Below are positions 41,814-51,524 of a DNA stretch of 64,000 nt, one piece after another (position 1 is the first letter of the stretch; each line of letters starts with the position of its first letter). The notes under the pieces were generated by a model. The model was not told the DNA's origin. It ran no database searches and saw nothing but the letters and a program-made list of their open reading frames with translations. Source of the DNA: an uncultured Nitrospiraceae bacterium (lineage in GTDB: Bacteria > Nitrospirota > Nitrospiria > Nitrospirales > Nitrospiraceae); the NCBI GenBank assembly GCA_963706325.1, contig CAVPLT010000001.1:1088001-1152000 (forward strand), given 5' to 3'. A program made the translations under genes and the position numbers.

Positions 41814-43064
41814 ATGCAGGATCGACCCACCAGACGTGTCGTGGTCACCGGTCTCGGACTGGTCACCCCTCTGGGAACCGGAGTGGAGAAGACTTGGAAG
41901 GCGCTCTGCGCCGGGGAGTCCGGCATCGGCCGCATCACGCGATTCGACCCGACCGGCTATGACGCGCAGATTGCCGGGGAGGTCAAGGATTTCGATCCGG
42001 CGCAGTTCATCGAGAAAAAAGAAATCAAGAAGATGGACACCTTCATCCACTACGCGGTGGGGGCGAGTCACCTCGCGGTGGACGATGCGAAACTCACAGT
42101 TTCGCCCGAGGAGGCTACTCGCGTCGGGGTCTATATTGGGTCCGGTATCGGCGGCCTGGGCTCTATTGAGCATTACCACGATGTGCTCAAGGAAAAGGGC
42201 CCGGGCCGGGTTTCGCCTTTTTTTATACCGATGACGATCATCAACCTGGCTTCAGGCCAGGTGGCCATCCGAATTGGCGCTAAGGGGCCCAATTCCTGTG
42301 CGGTTACGGCCTGCGCGACAGGTAATCATTGTATTGGTGATGCGAGTCGGCTTATTCAACGAAATGATGCGGATGTGATGATCGCCGGAGGCGCGGAAGC
42401 GGCCATCACGCCATTGGGTGTAGCCGGGTTTGCGTCAGCCAAAGCCCTCTCCTTTAGAAACGACGAACCGACCAAAGCTAGTCGGCCATTCGACAAAGAT
42501 CGAGATGGATTCGTATTGGGTGAGGGAGCAGGGGTGGTCGTGCTTGAAGAACTCGAGCATGCCCGAAAGCGCGGCGCACGCATCTATGCCGAAGTCATCG
42601 GGTATGCGATGAATAGCGATGCGTACCATATCACCGCCCCGCCTGAGGAGGGCGAAGGCGCCGTTCGTTGCATGGAAATGGCATTGAAGGATGCCGGCGT
42701 CGCAAAAACGGATATCGGCTATATCAACGCCCATGGCACGTCGACCATGGCGGATGCCGTTGAGACCAAGGCTATCAAACAGGTATTTGGGGCGCAGGCC
42801 TATCACATTCCAATCAGTTCGACGAAATCCATGACAGGGCATTTGTTGGGTGCGGCAGGCGGAATCGAGGCAATATTCAGTATTCTTGCGCTCTACCACA
42901 GCATATTGCCCCCAACGATCAACCTTGATCAGCCTGACCCCGCGTGTGATCTTGATTACGTGCCGAATCACGCGCGCCCGGCCAAGCCCCAAGTCGTGCT
43001 GTCCAATTCCTTCGGCTTCGGCGGGGTGAATGCCTGTCTGATCTTTCGCCGGTGTGATCCCTAA
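41814..43064 (+). CDS. fabF: 3-oxoacyl-ACP synthase II
   Basis: [29 protein letters not shown] and SNSFGFGG motifs. Confidence 0.97.
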   Translation: MQDRPTRRVVVTGLGLVTPLGTGVEKTWKALCAGESGIGRITRFDPTGYDAQIAGEVKDFDPAQFIEKKEIKKMDTFIHYAVGASHLAVDDAKLTVSPEEATRVGVYIGSGIGGLGSIEHYHDVLKEKGPGRVSPFFIPMTIINLASGQVAIRIGAKGPNSCAVTACATGNHCIGDASRLIQRNDADVMIAGGAEAAITPLGVAGFASAKALSFRNDEPTKASRPFDKDRDGFVLGEGAGVVVLEELEHARKRGARIYAEVIGYAMNSDAYHITAPPEEGEGAVRCMEMALKDAGVAKTDIGYINAHGTSTMADAVETKAIKQVFGAQAYHIPISSTKSMTGHLLGAAGGIEAIFSILALYHSILPPTINLDQPDPACDLDYVPNHARPAKPQVVLSNSFGFGGVNACLIFRRCDP

Positions 43065-43091
43065 TTCCCTGCTCATCGCGAGTCGATTCTT

Positions 43092-43799
43092 ATGACGCCG
43101 GTAACGTCAATGGAGACGGTCCAGCGCCTCCTGGGCTATCGCTTCCATCAGCTTCGTCTGCTGGAAGAAGCGCTGACGCACAAATCTTTTTCCAACGAGC
43201 GGCGCAGCAAGGATCGAACCCAAAACGAACGGCTTGAGTTTCTTGGCGATGCGGTGCTGTCGCTCGTGATGAGTGAGTATCTTGCCGGGGAATTTCCAGA
43301 CAGTAGTGAGGGTGGGCTCTCTAAACTGAAAGCGCAACTCGTCAGCGAGGCCTCGCTTGCGAGGGCAGCTCGGCGCATGAAGCTGGGTCGTCTATTACGA
43401 TTGGGAAGAGGGGAAGAACTTTCAAAAGGGCGCGAGAAACATTCTCTACTGGCAGATGCCCTGGAGGCATTGATTGCGGCAGTCTATTTGGATGGCGGGC
43501 TTGAAGCCAGTCGAACGTTCACCTTGCGAGTACTCGAAGAAGAACTGCTGGCGACCCGTGCAGAGCAAGCCCATCCTGGGATGGATGATTACAAAACTCA
43601 ACTCCAGGAGGCATGTCAAAAACGTTTCGAGACCTTGCCGCGTTACGTAACCGTCAAAGAGTCTGGTCCTGATCATGAAAAAGTGTTTGAAGTCGAGCTA
43701 ACAATTCAGGGTATCATAAGTGGAGTCGGACATGGTCACAGCAAAAAAGAAGCCGAACAAATGGCCGCAAAAGAAGCACTGACGCAGTTCCGGGCGTGA
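43092..43799 (+). CDS. rnc: Ribonuclease III
   Basis: ERLEFLGDAVL, DALEA..AAVYLDGG and a C-terminal dsRBD. Confidence 0.97.
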   Translation: MTPVTSMETVQRLLGYRFHQLRLLEEALTHKSFSNERRSKDRTQNERLEFLGDAVLSLVMSEYLAGEFPDSSEGGLSKLKAQLVSEASLARAARRMKLGRLLRLGRGEELSKGREKHSLLADALEALIAAVYLDGGLEASRTFTLRVLEEELLATRAEQAHPGMDDYKTQLQEACQKRFETLPRYVTVKESGPDHEKVFEVELTIQGIISGVGHGHSKKEAEQMAAKEALTQFRA

Positions 43800-43833
43800 G
43801 GCGACAACGGTGGATCAGTTGAAAGGGGGCAGG

Positions 43834-44484
43834 ATGGCACACACTCAATGGATGAAGACGTGGGGAATTGTGAGTATAACGAGTTTACTGATCGCGGGTG
43901 GTATGACGGGAGTTTGTTCAGCGGCTGACTCTGCGTCCTCCGGCAATGAATCTGTGAACACCGGCAACGCGAGGGCGATCATAAAGACCAAATTCGGGGA
44001 TATGGAGATCAAATTTCTGCCCGACGTAGCTCCAAATCATGTCGAGAATTTTCTCAAACTGGCCAAGTCCGGATTTTATAACGGTACAATTTTTCACCGT
44101 GCGATCCCAGGCTTTATGATCCAAGGCGGCGACCCGAATACCAAAGATTCGTTGAAGAAGAATGCGTATGGCCAGGGTGGCCCAGGGCACACTGTAAAAG
44201 GTGAGTTTAGCGACCTGCCTCATAAGCGTGGCATGGTGTCGATGGCTCGTGCCAACGAGCCGGATAGCGCGGGATCGCAGTTTTTTATTGTTGTGGAAGA
44301 GTCACGATTTCTAGATCGCAAATACACGATCTTCGGTGAGGTGGTCAAAGGAATCGGGGTCGCGGATAAAATTGTCGCGTTGCCGAGAGTCATGTGCCAA
44401 ACGGGTGCGCCGACCCCTGCAGACAAAGGGCCCTGTGACAATCCGATTGATCGTGTGGAAATGACGGTCACGATTGTGGAATAA
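43834..44484 (+). CDS. Exported cyclophilin-type peptidyl-prolyl isomerase
   Basis: Signal-peptide-like N-terminus; FHRAIPGFMIQGGD, SMARA, SAGSQFFI and YTIFGEV motifs. Confidence 0.93.
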   Translation: MAHTQWMKTWGIVSITSLLIAGGMTGVCSAADSASSGNESVNTGNARAIIKTKFGDMEIKFLPDVAPNHVENFLKLAKSGFYNGTIFHRAIPGFMIQGGDPNTKDSLKKNAYGQGGPGHTVKGEFSDLPHKRGMVSMARANEPDSAGSQFFIVVEESRFLDRKYTIFGEVVKGIGVADKIVALPRVMCQTGAPTPADKGPCDNPIDRVEMTVTIVE

Positions 44485-44580
44485 ATCGAGGCAGGCGCGT
44501 GTCAGCCAAGTATCCGTTCAGTTTTCTTGTCCTGATACGCTTTGATGTCTCAGGTCTGAGCTGTCGCGTTCCGTGTAACC

Positions 44581-44606
44581 CTGTTCGCCATCGATATGGC
44601 GAACAG
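44581..44606. terminator. Perfect 11-bp hairpin between convergent genes (possible bidirectional terminator)
   Basis: CTGTTCGCCAT-CGAT-ATGGCGAACAG; no strong U-tract on either side. Confidence 0.45.
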
Positions 44607-44693
44607 AATCTTCTGCCGATCTCCTTACCTTCGAAAAAAGATTCTTTGTCAGTGATCGAGCCGGCGTAGTCCGCTAGGAACCCCTAAAGCCGA

Positions 44694-45302
44694 CTAAAAA
44701 GGTTGGTTGTTTTGTTGGGCGCGGACCAGCGTTAACAAATGCGCGAAAGCTTTTGTCACCCGCTCGGCATGAGACGCGGATCGAAACAGTAACGTGTCTT
44801 CAGGAAATTGGGCTTCGAGCTCCGCGATCGCCCCGGTACAAAAACTGGTTTTCATCACGCAGGGGCTGCTACTCATGCAGGTGAAACGAACCCCGTAGAG
44901 GACCAGGTTGTTCTCACGACTGTCCTGTCCTCGGTACGCGATCGTATCGATGTCATGCAGGTCGAAATGGGTGAAGCCGGTATTCACCTCGTCATGGCCA
45001 TGATTGAGCTCAACGGCTCCGAGCTTCGTTCCAGTTGGAATGACGCTATACACTTCGGTGATTTTCGTCGCTTTTCCGGCTTTAGGGTTTCTGCAACTGA
45101 GGCTGCGAACAAAACCGTGGGTGTTGGCCATGTCGCCAATGAACTGGACAGTCTCGTCGACAGTTTGACTGATGGCCGCAGTTGGACAGAATAGGGCCAG
45201 TGCCAACGCCCACAGCAGGCTTGAGAGATGGTAGGACCCGGAACGAGGGCTCATCTTGCCGTCATGCATGGTGGTTCTCCCTGAATCGCTGTCGCTGTTC
45301 AT
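44694..45302 (-). CDS. Hypothetical exported protein
   Basis: Hydrophobic signal segment LLWALALALF..TAAIS and several Cys in the mature part; the start may be a later Met. Confidence 0.6.
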   Translation of the reverse strand: MNSDSDSGRTTMHDGKMSPRSGSYHLSSLLWALALALFCPTAAISQTVDETVQFIGDMANTHGFVRSLSCRNPKAGKATKITEVYSVIPTGTKLGAVELNHGHDEVNTGFTHFDLHDIDTIAYRGQDSRENNLVLYGVRFTCMSSSPCVMKTSFCTGAIAELEAQFPEDTLLFRSASHAERVTKAFAHLLTLVRAQQNNQPF

Positions 45303-45422
45303 GTCTGGAGGATCCTTACCCTACTGAAACTTCTGCGACACTGCAAATCCGTATTGAGGGGACGCGAGAGGACACGAGGCAAGGTGTAGAGGCCAGCGCC
45401 TCCATTCAATTGCGGAATGGGT

Positions 45423-46313
45423 TCAAGCTTCTTGTGCGATTTCTGCCGGAGGAATGGCCGGAAAAATAGTCGGTTCGAGAGGCATGATAGGCGAAAAGTC
45501 GGTCAGTTCGGCAATCGGCGCGAATCGGAATGTGGTCATGAGCGTAGAGATCCGGAATTCCATCTTGTTTAAATTCCGGTAATGGAGCAGTTGGGAAAGA
45601 AATGTCCCCTCCATGTGCGGTTGCAGGGGGTCAAGCTCCCATGGATGAAAATACATGATTAAGGGGCGGCCCTGTCGTTCTATGCGTTTCAGCAACCGAC
45701 ACAATACTGAAAAAGGAAGGAGACGAAAATAGCTCCCCCCGGCAATAGGGAGCCGCAGCCCACCGAGGTTCACCGTGGAGGGGGGGATTTCCCAAAGGGG
45801 GCCTGAAGAGGTTTGTCGCAGATGGTGCCAAGGGTCCGATCCAGGAATACCGCAATGGTCATGTCGGATGGGGACGACGCTCGAGTCATACGTATAGCCT
45901 TCTTCTGCCAAAATCGGTAGAGCCCAGAGGGTTTCCCGGGTAATGGTGAAGCCAGGCGCCCGATAACCCTGGACGGGCGCACCCGTGAGGTCTTCAAGAA
46001 TCTGTTTGGCTTTTCTGACGTCTGCACGAAATAATTCTGGCGTTTGTGCCGTGACCAGCTCATGCCCGTATCCATGGGATGCGACTTCATGTCCGCACTC
46101 GACGATTTGCTTGATCAGCCCTGGATGACGTTCAGCGACCCAACCCAATACAAAAAAGGTAGCTCTGGTTTGATAACGAGCGAGAAGATCGAGCAGTTTG
46201 CAGGTGTTTGGGGTTACCCGACTCTCAAACGATCCCCAATGCCGCCGGCGAATCGGGGAGTCGAATCGGGATACTTGAAAGTGTTCTTCGATGTCGAATG
46301 TTAGGCAATGCAC
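45423..46313 (-). CDS. Polysaccharide deacetylase, PEP-CTERM/XrtA-locus type (NodB + DUF3473)
   Basis: LTFDIEEHFQVS, ATFFVLGWVAE, HEVASHGYGH, YRAP, YDSS and YFHPWELDP motifs; GTG start with a TAAGGA SD. Confidence 0.88.
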   Translation of the reverse strand: MHCLTFDIEEHFQVSRFDSPIRRRHWGSFESRVTPNTCKLLDLLARYQTRATFFVLGWVAERHPGLIKQIVECGHEVASHGYGHELVTAQTPELFRADVRKAKQILEDLTGAPVQGYRAPGFTITRETLWALPILAEEGYTYDSSVVPIRHDHCGIPGSDPWHHLRQTSSGPLWEIPPSTVNLGGLRLPIAGGSYFRLLPFSVLCRLLKRIERQGRPLIMYFHPWELDPLQPHMEGTFLSQLLHYRNLNKMEFRISTLMTTFRFAPIAELTDFSPIMPLEPTIFPAIPPAEIAQEA

Positions 46314-46450
46314 AGGCGAATTCCTTACCGGCTGTAGGGTATTCCATACAAGGAGAGATATTTCAAGTGGGCCGTCCGGGATGGGAATGTGAGATTCACA
46401 ACGAGCCCCTTTCGACGTGCTTTGTATACTACGTGTGCAGCACTAAGTAA

Positions 46451-46466
46451 AGCAATGTTTGAGCCT
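46451..46466 (-). promoter_or_regulatory. Putative sigma54 (-24/-12) promoter of the deacetylase
   Basis: Minus strand AGGCTCAAACATTGCT fits GG-N10-GC with TTGCT. Confidence 0.5.
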
Positions 46467-46631
46467 TTAGTATTACCCAGTATTTTCAGTATGATAGGCT
46501 GAAATTAGATTCCTGAGCCTATGAAACGTATCCAGCATAAGATGGCTAGTGTATCCATAAAGATACTGCTTGGAATTGCAATAAGATGGGGTAGAGCATG
46601 GACCGGAAGACCGCTCGAATCCGAGGTTCCG

Positions 46632-47882
46632 TTAGGCGGCCCGTTTGTTAGCCTCAGTGTCTGGCAGGAGCTGTTGGAGTGGTATCGTCAAATGGAACAT
46701 GGAGCCACTTCCTGGCTCACTTTCTGCGCCAATGTGACCTCCCATCAATTCCACCAATTGTTTGCAAATGGCGAGTCCCAAGCCCGTCCCTCCATATTTT
46801 CTAGTCGTAGACCCATCCGCTTGCACAAATGGTTGGAACAGCTTGGAGAAGGCGCTGGGGGCAATCCCAATTCCATTATCAGAGACAGAAAACCGGACGT
46901 GTATGACCCTGTTGTGGTCGCTTGAGGTTTCACCATAACGGATGGCTGGAAATTCGAGGCGCTGTTCAGGCGGCCGCTGATCGAGATCCACGTGGACAGA
47001 TACCGTTCCGTGATCGCTGAACTTGATCGCATTGGCGAGTAAGTTGCTCAGAATCTGCTGTAGTCTGCAAGGATCGCCAAGTAGCCCCGTCGGCACCCCA
47101 TCGGCGATCTGGGAGGTCAATACCAAGCCTTTCCTTTGGGCTCGTTCGGTAAAGAGCGCCACGACTCGATTGAGAAATATGGGCAATTCAAAGTTCAGTA
47201 ATTCGAGCGACAGCTTTCCGGACTCGATCTTGGAGAAGTCGAGAATATCGTTGATGATGACCATCAAGGCATCGCCCGAAGAACGGATGGTTTGTGCACA
47301 GTCCTGCTGTTCAGCTGTGAGTGTCGTATCCAGGAGCCAGTCTGTCATTCCCAGCACGCCGTTCATGGGAGTACGTATCTCATGACTCATGGTGGCAAGG
47401 AATTCCGACTTCAGTCTGGCTCCTTCAATGGCCGCATCGCGGGCCTGCGTCAATGTGGCTTGGCTGGCTCGGAGTTCCTGTAGGACTTGGTTGGCTCGAA
47501 CCATATAGCGGATGCGATGAGTCAGCAGCACCGCGTTCAATGGCTTGACGATAAAATCTGTTGCGCCGGCGTCGTAGGCTTTTGTGATCGAGTCAAAATC
47601 ATCCAATCCGGTCATAATGAGAATTGGCGTGTGTTCGCCGTTCGGCAGTCGACGTAAAGCCGCACAAGTGCTAAATCCATCCATTCCGGGCATCATGACA
47701 TCAAGCAATACGACATCAGGCGGGCGGCGTTGAAAAGCTGCCCAGGCTTCCTGTCCGTTTGGAGCTTCCTCGACAATCCAGCCGGCCTGTTCCAGCGCTT
47801 CCCGAGCAAACATGCGGATGATGAGATCGTCATCCGCCACTAGGGCAAGTGGGCTTCGTCCTGATATGAGAGGGTTATTCAT
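46632..47882 (-). CDS. REC-HisKA-HATPase hybrid histidine kinase
   Basis: N-terminal REC (ADDD, LLDVMMP, KP), H-box SHEIRTPMNG, N box and G boxes. Confidence 0.9.
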   Translation of the reverse strand: MNNPLISGRSPLALVADDDLIIRMFAREALEQAGWIVEEAPNGQEAWAAFQRRPPDVVLLDVMMPGMDGFSTCAALRRLPNGEHTPILIMTGLDDFDSITKAYDAGATDFIVKPLNAVLLTHRIRYMVRANQVLQELRASQATLTQARDAAIEGARLKSEFLATMSHEIRTPMNGVLGMTDWLLDTTLTAEQQDCAQTIRSSGDALMVIINDILDFSKIESGKLSLELLNFELPIFLNRVVALFTERAQRKGLVLTSQIADGVPTGLLGDPCRLQQILSNLLANAIKFSDHGTVSVHVDLDQRPPEQRLEFPAIRYGETSSDHNRVIHVRFSVSDNGIGIAPSAFSKLFQPFVQADGSTTRKYGGTGLGLAICKQLVELMGGHIGAESEPGSGSMFHLTIPLQQLLPDTEANKRAA

Positions 47883-50800
47883 AGCTGCTTTCCCTTTGCG
47901 ATCTCGTTTCGAAATACTGCGCAGGCAAACAGGTAGTCCGATTCTAGTTGCGCGAGGACGCGGTCCGCATCGATCAGATGTTTTCGACTAGCCATGGTTT
48001 CTAGCGCCTGGCATTGCGCGGCGAGGGCGACCGCTCCGAGCTGAGCGCTACTCGATTTAAGTCGGTGTGCGATCGCTTGTAGCGTCGCGGGGTCGTTCAC
48101 GCGAATCGCATCTCCGAGGGCATCCACGCTGTCTCGTGAATAGTCGAGATACTTCCGAAGAATGGACGCCAGTACATCCGGCCGGTTGGGACGTTGCAAT
48201 TTGCGGATGCCGGCCAGAGCGGTCAGGTCTATACCGGCAGGCGCCGTCAACGTCTTCCTCTCCACCACGGTTGTTGATGGGGACGAGTCAGGTATTGCGG
48301 CTGAATCGGGCGAGGCCGATACAGAAATTGATGCGGTTGGTTCCGTAACTTTCTTGGACAACCATTTGAGTACCATATCGCCTAACTGCATCTGACTGTA
48401 CGGTTTGGTCAGATAGTCATCCATGCCGGTTACGAGACATTGATCGCGGTATCCTTGCATGGCGTGTGCTGTCAAAGCGATGATAGGCACTCGACGTCGC
48501 CCCAAAAAAACCTCACGCTGACGGATTTGTCCCGTGGCCGTGAACCCATCCATTTCAGGCATCTGACAGTCCATAAAAATCATGTCGAGATTTTCTAGAT
48601 CAGCAGCCAGCAAGGCTTGTCGGCCATTCTCCGCCACCTCAACCTCGTAGCCGAGTCGTTCCAGCATGCCGACAGCAACCTCTCGATTGACCGGGCTGTC
48701 CTCGGCCAGCAGGATTCGACCGTTCGGTTTTGGGAAAGGCTTGTCAGCTATAGAAGAGGATGATGACGAAGGAAGTACGTTTAAGGCTTGTTCAGATGCG
48801 AAATATGCCGTGGGCAATGGCGCGCAAGGATTGAGCTTCTTGGGTAACCCTGCTCCAAGGGATTGCCGGTCGAGCCGCGCCGTAAAGGCGAAGGTCGAAC
48901 CGCTCCCAGCTACGCTATCCACCGTAATGGTTCCGCCCATGAGTGTCACCAACTGCTTGGCAATGGTGAGACCTAATCCGGTCCCGCCGTACCGTCGGGT
49001 GGTGGATCCATCGGCCTGTGAAAAAGCGTCAAAGATGCGAGATTTAGCGGCTGCCGCTATGCCGATGCCACTGTCGGCTACTGCGAGCTGTAAGAGGACC
49101 TGGCTAGGCGTGCTTTCCAGCAGTGTGGTGGTCAAAGAGATTGTGCCGGTCTCGGTAAATTTAATCGCGTTGCTCAGGAGATTCATGAGGATTTGACGGA
49201 ACCTGACCGGATCACCCATGAGATAAAGTGGGACGTCTGCGCCGATGTGATGGGTAAGCCGGATTTGCTTCCGTCGCGCCGCTTCCACGAACAGCTCGAG
49301 CGATTCCGAAAGCATTTGAGAGAGATCAAAACCGACGGATTCCAATTCCAATTTGCCGGCTTCAACCTTAGAGAAATCCAAGATATCGTTAATGATCGCG
49401 AGAAGGGTTCTTCCCGAACGGTGCACGATCGAAGCGAGATGCCGTTGCTTGTCCGTGAGCTCGCTATTGAGTAGTAGTTCGGTGGTGCCAAGAACGCCGT
49501 TCATGGGGGTGCGAATTTCATGACTCATGTTGGCGAGAAATTCGCTTTTGGATTTACTGGCCGCCTCGGCGGCTTCTTTCGCCGCTCGAAGCTCCTCTTC
49601 GGTGCGTTTCCGATCAGTGGTATCGATGTGAATGCCGACCATGCGTGAGGCTACGCCGTGGCCATCTCGGATGACACAGCCTCGCGAAAGGATCCACCGA
49701 TAAGAGCCATCTCGATGCCGAAGACGATGTTCGTACTCAAATTGGTTCATTGTGCCTTTGAGGGCAGCTTGTAAGGTTTCAAAAGTCCGTTGTCGATCAT
49801 CCTTATGAATGCGTGAGTTCCAGGCTTCAAAGTCATTCGTGAGCGTGGAATCGTCGTGGCCGAGGTGATGTTTCCACTGTGTGGAGAGATAGACCGTGTT
49901 CGTCGCGACGTTCCAGTCCCAGATTCCAATGTGCGAGCCTCGCACCGTCATCGCCAAACGCTCTTCGCTCGTGCGTAGCGCTTCTTCAGCCCGTTTCCGT
50001 TCCGTAATGTCCACCACAAATGCCGTGAAGGTGTAGGCATTCTCCAAGCGCAGCGGAGTAATGGCCAACTCGATTGGAAATTCAATGCCATCGCGACGCA
50101 GCGCGGTGATTTCGATCCGCTTGTTCATGACCGGTCCCTCACCGGTCTTGAGAAACCGCTCGAGTCCGCGTTGGTGCGCCTCGCGGTGGGCGAAAGGGAC
50201 GATGGTGTCCGTCATGGCGCGGCCGAGGGCTTCATGACGCGTCCATCCGAAGATTTGTTCGGCTTGAACGTTCCAGTCGATGATGATCCCCTGGTCATCC
50301 ATTCCGATGACTCCGCTGATCGCGGTGTCGATGATCAGTCTCGTCCGGCCCTCGCTTTTACGCAGGGATCGCTCTGCTTGGAGGCGTTCGGCTGCTTCCA
50401 GAGCGAGAGAGACAAGAGAGGCGATGGCGTAGCCAAACTGCTGTTCCTCCAGCAGCCAGGTCCGCGCTGGGCCGACATGTTCCTGGCGGAGAACGCCCAC
50501 GAGTCGGCCCATGAATCGAATCGGGATATCGAGCAGGGCCGTTATGCCCAGAGGGGTGAGGTAGCTCTCGGCGAACTCGGATGTGCGGGGGTCGTGTATG
50601 GCGTCAGAGGCATCGATGACACGTTCGGCGAGTAATTCTTCAAAAAAAGTGGGATAGGCAGTCCTTCGCAATTCCATCCCAAACGAGTGTCGATCGCTGG
50701 GCGCTTCATAGAGGTCTTTACACTCCAGACTACCTCGCTCCTCATTGAATAGCCAAATACTTGACCGGCTCACGCGCAAGGCCGAGGCGGTAGCGCGGGT

Positions 50801-51517
50801 GATTTCTTTCAGCGCATGTTCCAATAATCCACTTTGAAGGATAGAGTTTCGAGTCAGATCGAGCAAAGCGGCTTGCTGCCTCCGCAACAGTGCTTCGGCG
50901 TGCAGGCGGCTATCCTCTCCTTGCTTTCGGTCGGTGATATCACGAAAGACGAGCACGGCACCGGCGACACAATTCTCCCGAACGATAGGCGCCAAGACAT
51001 AGGAGACGGGAAATGCGTGCCCGGCGGTCGTGGTAAGCAAGCCGTCATCTGTCCGAAACGTATCCCCCTGCGCCGTTTCTTCCAATAAAATTTGAGTAAA
51101 AATTGGCTCAGTCAGGCTGGTACCGGATGACAGTGAGATGATGGCAGGCAGCGGCCGGCCGACCACCTCAGCTTCGGTGCAAGCGCATAGGCGTTGGCCC
51201 TCGAGATTCAGTAGCAGGATATTCCAGTTCTGATCGACGACACAGAGCCCGTCGCCGAGAGACCGGAGCACGGTTTGCAGCTTGTCTCGCTCTTCCGTAA
51301 GTCGGCTTTCGGACGTGCGGCGCAGCTGCTCATTGAGTGCCTGCATCTCTCTTGAGGAGAGGGCGATCGAACGCTCCAGAAGTTCAAACCCCTGCTCGGA
51401 CTCAACATAACTCTGGTTCACCCGCGCAAGTAGTTGCTGCCAGGTGTCGAGTGATGAGGGGATAGTGGCGGCATCCAGTCCCAGGCGCTTGAGCTGTCGT
51501 GCGAGCAGCGGATGCAT
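47879..51517 (-). CDS. Cytoplasmic hybrid sensor kinase (PAS-GAF-PAS-PAS-HisKA-HATPase-REC-HPt)
   Basis: No TM helix. PAS/PAC ends (VFRDIT, VVDITER, HIDTT), H-box FLANMSHEIRTP, REC MDCQMP and HPt AHRLKSSS. Confidence 0.92.
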   Translation of the reverse strand: MHPLLARQLKRLGLDAATIPSSLDTWQQLLARVNQSYVESEQGFELLERSIALSSREMQALNEQLRRTSESRLTEERDKLQTVLRSLGDGLCVVDQNWNILLLNLEGQRLCACTEAEVVGRPLPAIISLSSGTSLTEPIFTQILLEETAQGDTFRTDDGLLTTTAGHAFPVSYVLAPIVRENCVAGAVLVFRDITDRKQGEDSRLHAEALLRRQQAALLDLTRNSILQSGLLEHALKEITRATASALRVSRSSIWLFNEERGSLECKDLYEAPSDRHSFGMELRRTAYPTFFEELLAERVIDASDAIHDPRTSEFAESYLTPLGITALLDIPIRFMGRLVGVLRQEHVGPARTWLLEEQQFGYAIASLVSLALEAAERLQAERSLRKSEGRTRLIIDTAISGVIGMDDQGIIIDWNVQAEQIFGWTRHEALGRAMTDTIVPFAHREAHQRGLERFLKTGEGPVMNKRIEITALRRDGIEFPIELAITPLRLENAYTFTAFVVDITERKRAEEALRTSEERLAMTVRGSHIGIWDWNVATNTVYLSTQWKHHLGHDDSTLTNDFEAWNSRIHKDDRQRTFETLQAALKGTMNQFEYEHRLRHRDGSYRWILSRGCVIRDGHGVASRMVGIHIDTTDRKRTEEELRAAKEAAEAASKSKSEFLANMSHEIRTPMNGVLGTTELLLNSELTDKQRHLASIVHRSGRTLLAIINDILDFSKVEAGKLELESVGFDLSQMLSESLELFVEAARRKQIRLTHHIGADVPLYLMGDPVRFRQILMNLLSNAIKFTETGTISLTTTLLESTPSQVLLQLAVADSGIGIAAAAKSRIFDAFSQADGSTTRRYGGTGLGLTIAKQLVTLMGGTITVDSVAGSGSTFAFTARLDRQSLGAGLPKKLNPCAPLPTAYFASEQALNVLPSSSSSSIADKPFPKPNGRILLAEDSPVNREVAVGMLERLGYEVEVAENGRQALLAADLENLDMIFMDCQMPEMDGFTATGQIRQREVFLGRRRVPIIALTAHAMQGYRDQCLVTGMDDYLTKPYSQMQLGDMVLKWLSKKVTEPTASISVSASPDSAAIPDSSPSTTVVERKTLTAPAGIDLTALAGIRKLQRPNRPDVLASILRKYLDYSRDSVDALGDAIRVNDPATLQAIAHRLKSSSAQLGAVALAAQCQALETMASRKHLIDADRVLAQLESDYLFACAVFRNEIAKGKQL

Positions 51518-51524
51518 AGCGTAA

